This document shows positions 56,501 to 61,197 of a stretch of 61,197 nt of DNA, in pieces; positions within the stretch are counted from its first letter, which is position 1; each line of letters begins with the position of its first letter. Location of the stretch: the NCBI GenBank assembly GCA_944331845.1, contig CALVIT010000002.1:1-61197 (forward strand), in the 5' to 3' direction. The notes under the pieces are model-generated. The model was not told the origin of the DNA, made no database searches, and saw only the letters and a list, made by a program, of their open reading frames with translations. The DNA is from an uncultured Clostridia bacterium. Lineage in GTDB: Bacteria > Bacillota > Clostridia > Christensenellales > UBA1242. The translations under genes were made by a program, and so were the position numbers.

Positions 56501-56528
56501 ATTATACCACATTTTGGTTAATTTGCAA
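56501..56528 (-). promoter_or_regulatory. Sigma-A-type promoter of groESL
   Basis: On the minus strand: TTGCAA-N16-(TGG)TATAAT, about 65 nt upstream of groES. Confidence 0.5.
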
Positions 56529-56759
56529 CTAAAAATAACACTCTCGAACTAACTTTGCTAATAATATTTACAAAACTTAACTTTGTGAATAAATCAAAAT
56601 TTGTGTTAATATAATAATGTATAACAATATATAATAGTTTGGACAAAATGATTGTATGAGTAGTATTTATTAGATTATTAGTTTAATATTTTATTTGCTA
56701 TGGTATTATATTTTCTATTATAAAATTAATTATAAATATAAGTTAGATAGGGGAAATTA

Positions 56760-57578
56760 ATGAACGAGATTGATTTGTATAGTTCTTACCAATTACCTGC
56801 GTTGACCAATAAAAAATCAAAGAAGCCAAAGCACAACAAAGGTAAGTGGTTTATTTTTATCATAATTTTAGTATTTATTGGTATCATAATATTTCTTGCC
56901 AATGCCTTTGCGAATGTACTTTCATTCTCAAGTACATCTTTATTTGGAGCAAAAAAGATAACTACAAAAAGTTTTAATGCCTATGCAATTATGATTGAGA
57001 GTACAGAAGACAAGCAATACGCCGAAGAATTGTCGCAGGAACTGCAGTTAGCGGGGGCAGGGGGGTACATAATGTACGACTTACAATATCAAGTTCTCGC
57101 TAGTGCATACTTAGATAGCAATGACGCTCAAAGTGTTTTAAATAAAGTTATGAGTGCTTATCCTAATGCCGAAATTAAAATTCTAAAGATTAATGCGTGT
57201 GAACTTCCTTCGTTTTCTAATAAAGAGAATAATGAAATTATCAAGGAAGGGTTAGAAATTTTTAAGACAACATATCAACAACTTTATGATTTGTGTATTC
57301 AACTAGATACTTCTTCTATCACATCTGCTGATTGCAAGGTAAAGATTACTGAATTATTAAATAGTGTGAGTGGTGTATCAAGCAAATTTAGAGATGTAGC
57401 AAATGTTAGTGATAATACCAAATTTAAGTTAACACAAGCCAAAATTGACCAGTTAGAGCAACTTATCAATGAGTTAGTAGAATCATCATTGATTAGTACA
57501 AGACTATCTTCATTAATAAAATACACTCAAATATCTTGTTTAATGTTGCAAAATGAATTATCTTTATTATTAAGTTAA
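56760..57578 (+). CDS. Membrane-anchored SPOR-like domain protein
   Basis: A TM helix (WFIFIIILVFIGIIIFLANAF) is followed by YAIMIESTEDKQYAEELSQELQLAGAGGYIMYDLQYQVLASAYLDSNDAQSVLNKV, which resembles a SPOR fold pattern. Confidence 0.45.
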   Translation: MNEIDLYSSYQLPALTNKKSKKPKHNKGKWFIFIIILVFIGIIIFLANAFANVLSFSSTSLFGAKKITTKSFNAYAIMIESTEDKQYAEELSQELQLAGAGGYIMYDLQYQVLASAYLDSNDAQSVLNKVMSAYPNAEIKILKINACELPSFSNKENNEIIKEGLEIFKTTYQQLYDLCIQLDTSSITSADCKVKITELLNSVSGVSSKFRDVANVSDNTKFKLTQAKIDQLEQLINELVESSLISTRLSSLIKYTQISCLMLQNELSLLLS

Positions 57579-57628
57579 ATCTAGATTCAAAATACTTGTT
57601 ACATTTTATAAAATAATGTAAATATGAG

Positions 57629-57658
57629 TTGCAAAAATAATTTGTAGTGTGATATAAT
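57629..57658 (+). promoter_or_regulatory. Sigma-A-type promoter for sepF
   Basis: TTGCAA-N18-TATAAT. Confidence 0.45.
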
Positions 57659-57767
57659 ATAAAATATACATTATTTTATAATACAAAAAATATAACAATT
57701 TAATGATAAAATTTTGATAAATATAATATATTTTGTCAACAATATAAATACTAATTAGGAGAAAATT

Positions 57768-58211
57768 ATGGGAATATTCGATTGGATGTACAAAGATAAT
57801 GAAGAACCGCAAATAAAGAAACAAGATAAAGTCGTTGAGAATTTTATTTCACAAGAAGATGAAGACGCAAAGAAGAGAAAACTTGCATTTGAAAGACTTA
57901 CTCGTGGAGAAAATCCTATCTCTAAAGAAGAAACAATCAAAACAAATATTACAACGAATGAGACAACGCAAGGGTCGCAAGAAGTCAGCGTTTTTAATAT
58001 AAAAACTAATCAAGATTTGGATGTGGTAGTCGACTATATAACACGAGGCGAACCGGTTATTGCTAACTTAGGTAAGGTGTCGAAGAAAGAACAACAAAGA
58101 ACACAAGACTTTTTGTCAGGGGTGGTATTTGCACTAAACGCTAACATTAGTTTACTTGTGCAAGATATGTACCTTATAACTCCTTACGGTATTGTTATTG
58201 ATAGAAAGTAG
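57768..58211 (+). CDS. sepF: Cell division protein SepF
   Basis: The C-terminal DUF552 core is VSVFNIKTNQDLDVVVDYITRGEPVIANLGKVSKKEQQRTQDFLSGVVFALNANISLLVQDMYLITP. Confidence 0.8.
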   Translation: MGIFDWMYKDNEEPQIKKQDKVVENFISQEDEDAKKRKLAFERLTRGENPISKEETIKTNITTNETTQGSQEVSVFNIKTNQDLDVVVDYITRGEPVIANLGKVSKKEQQRTQDFLSGVVFALNANISLLVQDMYLITPYGIVIDRK

Positions 58212-58270
58212 CATAATATTGTCGTAAAATTATTTAATTTGTCAAATTTTACTAAAATATTTAATTTTTG

Positions 58271-58298
58271 TTGACATATTAAAAAATTTATGTATAAT
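58271..58298 (+). promoter_or_regulatory. Sigma-A-type promoter upstream of tRNA-Trp
   Basis: TTGACA-N16-TATAAT with TG immediately 5' of the -10. It lies about 150 nt upstream of the mature tRNA 5' end. Confidence 0.55.
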
Positions 58299-58449
58299 AT
58301 GACTTGCCTAAATGTGCCACTATGTTTGGTAGTTTGGGTTCTTAAATGAACAGACTTGCATCGATTAACCTACATAAGCAAGAGATTTTTTTACGAGAGA
58401 TTTGTGTAGCCGGTGTGAGTTCAATCTATAACATTTTGGCACAACCCAT

Positions 58450-58525
<76 letters not shown>

Positions 58526-58527
58526 AT

Positions 58528-58576
58528 AAGTTCTCTTAAGTGATACTTATAGTTACTTAGAGAACTTTTTGTTTTT
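58528..58576 (+). terminator. Intrinsic terminator after tRNA-Trp
   Basis: About 13-bp stem AAGTTCTCTTAAGT...ACTTAGAGAACTT followed by tttttgttttt. Confidence 0.85.
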
Positions 58577-58721
58577 GATAGGAAATTATTAAAAATATTA
58601 GTTAATTTATATTATATAAGGTAAAGAATGAAATTTTTTTCATAAAATACACTAAAACAATTATTTTATAATATAGAAAGGAGCAATAAATGGGAGTATT
58701 GAATTTTGAACATACAAATAA

Positions 58722-59117
58722 ATGTTTCAAGGATATGATATTGTAGAAAGGAAGTTAAATACTTTTCCAGAATTTCAAGATAGTACACTTATTAAATTGA
58801 AATTAAATGAAAATGATTTAAATTTGGAATTTGCATTGTATGAATTTGACAATATTGTTAGATTTACATTCAAAAATGTACAAATTAAATATATTGATTT
58901 AATTGTAACCTCACCAAATATGGAAGAGAACAGTATAAGCGGTTTTAATGTCGATAGTATAGATTCCACAATTTTGTTTACTGTACAAGATACAGAATTT
59001 AAAGAAATATTAAAATTTTCTTTCACTGATGCTAGCATACAATTATTAGACGACAATAAACGCAAAGAACGCAGTTTTATAGGCGCAGTATTTAAAAATT
59101 TATCTAAATTAAGATAG
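58722..59117 (+). CDS. Hypothetical protein (131 aa); start and 5' end uncertain
   Basis: The long ORF has no SD. A perfect SD (AAAGGAG) serves an overlapping 18-codon ORF at 58690-58746 in another frame. Confidence 0.4.
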   Translation: MFQGYDIVERKLNTFPEFQDSTLIKLKLNENDLNLEFALYEFDNIVRFTFKNVQIKYIDLIVTSPNMEENSISGFNVDSIDSTILFTVQDTEFKEILKFSFTDASIQLLDDNKRKERSFIGAVFKNLSKLR

Positions 59118-59240
59118 ATTTTATTATTTTGTTAACATATAAAATTATGATTTTAATTATAGATGTAGAATATAAAAAATATAATGTAGTATTAGGGACT
59201 TAAAAATTGTAAAAAAAATTTGTATTTATATTACAAAAAC

Positions 59241-59272
59241 TTGACATTTTATTTGATTTCTTATATTATAAT
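59241..59272 (+). promoter_or_regulatory. Sigma-A-type promoter for the nfeD-SPFH operon
   Basis: TTGACA-N17-TATTATAAT. Confidence 0.45.
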
Positions 59273-59307
59273 AATTAGAAGCGAAAATATAATAAGGAGA
59301 ATAAATT

Positions 59308-59877
59308 ATGGAAATGATTTGGGTGTGGCTTGCAGTAGTCGCAGTAAGTTTAATTGTCGAGTTTTTTACTTGGGATTTAACTTCAATTTGGTTCGCAGTC
59401 GCAGGTTTAATATCACTAATTATGTCCGCATTTGATGGTGTTAGTTGGGTTTGGCAACTCGCAGTATTCTTAGTCGTATCTGCAATTCTCATCATTTTTG
59501 TTAGACAAATATGTAGAAAATTTTTATTAAAAGGCGATGAAAAGACTAATGTCGATGCTTTCGTGGGTAAAAAGGCGAAATTGTTGACGGCGGTAGGCGA
59601 GAACGAGAATTATGGAACTGTAAAATTTAATGGGGTTGTATGGAATGCAACCAGTGAAAATGGTTCAAAAATTGATAAAGATTGCGAAGTTGAAGTAGTT
59701 AGAGTAGACGGTAACAAAATGATTGTTAAGTCAGTTGAGAACAAAGATTCTAATGTCCAAAATGAAAGCAATGAACCTAAAGAAGAAGTTATCGTAGATA
59801 ACAATGAAGATTCTAAAGAAGTTAAAAAATCTACTAAATCTACAAAGGCTAAAAAAGAAACAAAAGAAGAGAATTAA
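59308..59877 (+). CDS. NfeD-family membrane protein with a Lys/Glu-rich tail
   Basis: Two or three N-terminal TM helices plus a C-terminal OB-like segment, GKKAKLLTAVGENENYGTVKFNGVVWNATSENGSKIDKDCEVEVVRVDGNKMIV. The gene lies upstream of an SPFH gene, as is typical. Confidence 0.75.
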   Translation: MEMIWVWLAVVAVSLIVEFFTWDLTSIWFAVAGLISLIMSAFDGVSWVWQLAVFLVVSAILIIFVRQICRKFLLKGDEKTNVDAFVGKKAKLLTAVGENENYGTVKFNGVVWNATSENGSKIDKDCEVEVVRVDGNKMIVKSVENKDSNVQNESNEPKEEVIVDNNEDSKEVKKSTKSTKAKKETKEEN

Positions 59878-59932
59878 TAAAAATTACATTTAATTTAATT
59901 TCATATTGTTAATATAAATAAAGGAGAATAGG

Positions 59933-60946
59933 ATGAGTACAGTTGGTATTATTTTATTAGTATTAGGCATTATTATACTTGTTATTTTAGTAGCAAGTGT
60001 TAAGGTTATTAGACAATCTACAGCGGTTGTTGTAGAGAGATTAGGTAAATATTCAAGAACTCTACAAACGGGAGTTAGATTCATTATACCTTTTGTTGAT
60101 AGACCTAGTAAACCTATCAACCTTAAGGAAATCGTAGCAGACTTCAAACCTCAACCAGTTATCACAAAAGATAATGTTACAATGCAGATTGACACAGTTG
60201 TTTATTTCCAAATAACTGACCCTAAATTATACACTTATGGTGTTGATAGACCTATGAGCGCTATTGAGAACTTGACTGCAACAACATTAAGAAATATTGT
60301 TGGTGAATTAGAACTAGATGAGACATTAACAAGTCGTGATACTGTTAATACAAAAATGAGACAAATTCTCGATGAAGCGACAGACCCTTGGGGTATCAAA
60401 GTTAATAGAGTAGAACTCAAAAATATCTTACCACCTAGAGATATACAAGACGCTATGGAGAAGCAAATGCGCGCGGAAAGAGAAAGAAGAGAAGCAATCT
60501 TGCGTGCAGAAGGTGAGAAGAAATCTAGTATCCTTGTTGCAGAAGGTGAGAAACAAAGTAAAATTTTAAGAGCAGAGGCTGACAAACAAGCACAAATACT
60601 TAAAGCGGAAGCAGAGAAGCAGGCTGCCATATTGAATGCTGAAGCACAAAAAGTAACTTACATTAATGAAGCACAAGGTCAAGCAGAAGCAATATCAATG
60701 ATTGTGAACGCTAAGGCAGACAGTGCATATATAACCCTTCAAGGATTTGAAGCATTGAAAGCGCTTGCGAATGGTAATGCAACAAAAATTATTGTACCTA
60801 GCGAAATACAAAATGTAGCAGGACTTTTAACAAGTGTAACAGAAACAATAACAAATATGCCAGCAGGCGATACAGTTAGTAAACAAGCGACCAAAACGAA
60901 AGAAAATGTTGCCAATAAAACAACAAAAACTAAAACAACTGAATAA
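59933..60946 (+). CDS. SPFH/Band-7 (stomatin-like) protein
   Basis: An N-terminal TM segment is followed by QSTAVVVERLGKYSRTLQTGVRFIIPFVDR, DNVTMQIDTVVYFQITDP and the coiled AEGEK/AEAEK repeats. Confidence 0.85.
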   Translation: MSTVGIILLVLGIIILVILVASVKVIRQSTAVVVERLGKYSRTLQTGVRFIIPFVDRPSKPINLKEIVADFKPQPVITKDNVTMQIDTVVYFQITDPKLYTYGVDRPMSAIENLTATTLRNIVGELELDETLTSRDTVNTKMRQILDEATDPWGIKVNRVELKNILPPRDIQDAMEKQMRAERERREAILRAEGEKKSSILVAEGEKQSKILRAEADKQAQILKAEAEKQAAILNAEAQKVTYINEAQGQAEAISMIVNAKADSAYITLQGFEALKALANGNATKIIVPSEIQNVAGLLTSVTETITNMPAGDTVSKQATKTKENVANKTTKTKTTE

Positions 60947-61197
60947 TATTTTATAAGTTAATACAAATAATAATGTGTATTAACTTTTTGTATAATGATA
61001 TTATAATTTGTGAAGTACTGTATTATAATGATATGTAAAATATGTAGTATTTACAATAAAATATAATCAATTACAAAAAATTTATGTTAACATACTTATT
61101 TTGCTTGTTATTATTCAAAAAGTGTGATAATATAAGAGTATAAAATACTAGATATAAGGAGAAGAAAACTAAGTATAAGAATAAGAAAGTGGTATGG

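Noticed and set aside
56535-56561. CIRCE (HrcA) operator upstream of groES
   Set aside because: On the minus strand the site reads TTAGCAAAG-N9-GAGTGTTAT and matches CIRCE half-sites only 6/9 and 7/9. The arms are not self-complementary, and it lies upstream of the -35 rather than between promoter and start.
57606-57940. 72-aa and 61-aa minus-strand ORFs upstream of and overlapping sepF
   Set aside because: They are Ile/Tyr/Phe-rich translations of AT-rich promoter DNA. One overlaps the sepF start, and neither has an RBS.

Overview
This is an AT-rich (by eye about 30% G+C) chromosomal segment from an endospore-forming Bacillota-type bacterium using the standard genetic code. Sporulation markers include spoIIID, spoIVB, a YtxC-like gene, a SPOR-domain protein and sepF. 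Most of the window is core housekeeping. It carries a galU-like gene plus a GlmU-C-like acetyltransferase, acpP, the str operon (rpsL-rpsG-fusA-tuf) and trpS. It also carries secDF, a hemZ-like radical SAM gene, recJ, infC-rpmI-rplT, a TrmH-family methyltransferase and yebC. The remainder is ruvC-(GNAT)-ruvA-ruvB-tgt, groES-groEL, tRNA-Trp and an nfeD/SPFH pair. No mobile elements, CRISPR arrays or rRNA genes were seen. The most unusual region is an ORF-free stretch of about 1.4 kb directly after tuf (27.8-29.2 kb). It consists of about 40 tandem, degenerate units of about 26 nt, and each unit can fold into a small hairpin. The stem sequences covary between units, and wobble pairs fit only the + strand. 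A candidate promoter and a strong intrinsic terminator bracket the region, so it may be a large multi-hairpin ncRNA or an extraordinary tuf 3' UTR. A ~0.7-kb extremely AT-rich, ORF-free spacer follows, lying between convergent terminators and containing phased ATATGT iterons. Other notable items are a 4766-aa modular lipoprotein (Ig-like domains plus six GLUG-type beta-helix modules) next to an HtrA-like lipoprotein protease. There is also a 23-bp periodic repeat array upstream of spoIIID, a signal-less BspA-type LRR protein coupled to a small coiled-coil ORF, and a natural Pro91-to-Ile substitution in ribosomal protein S12.
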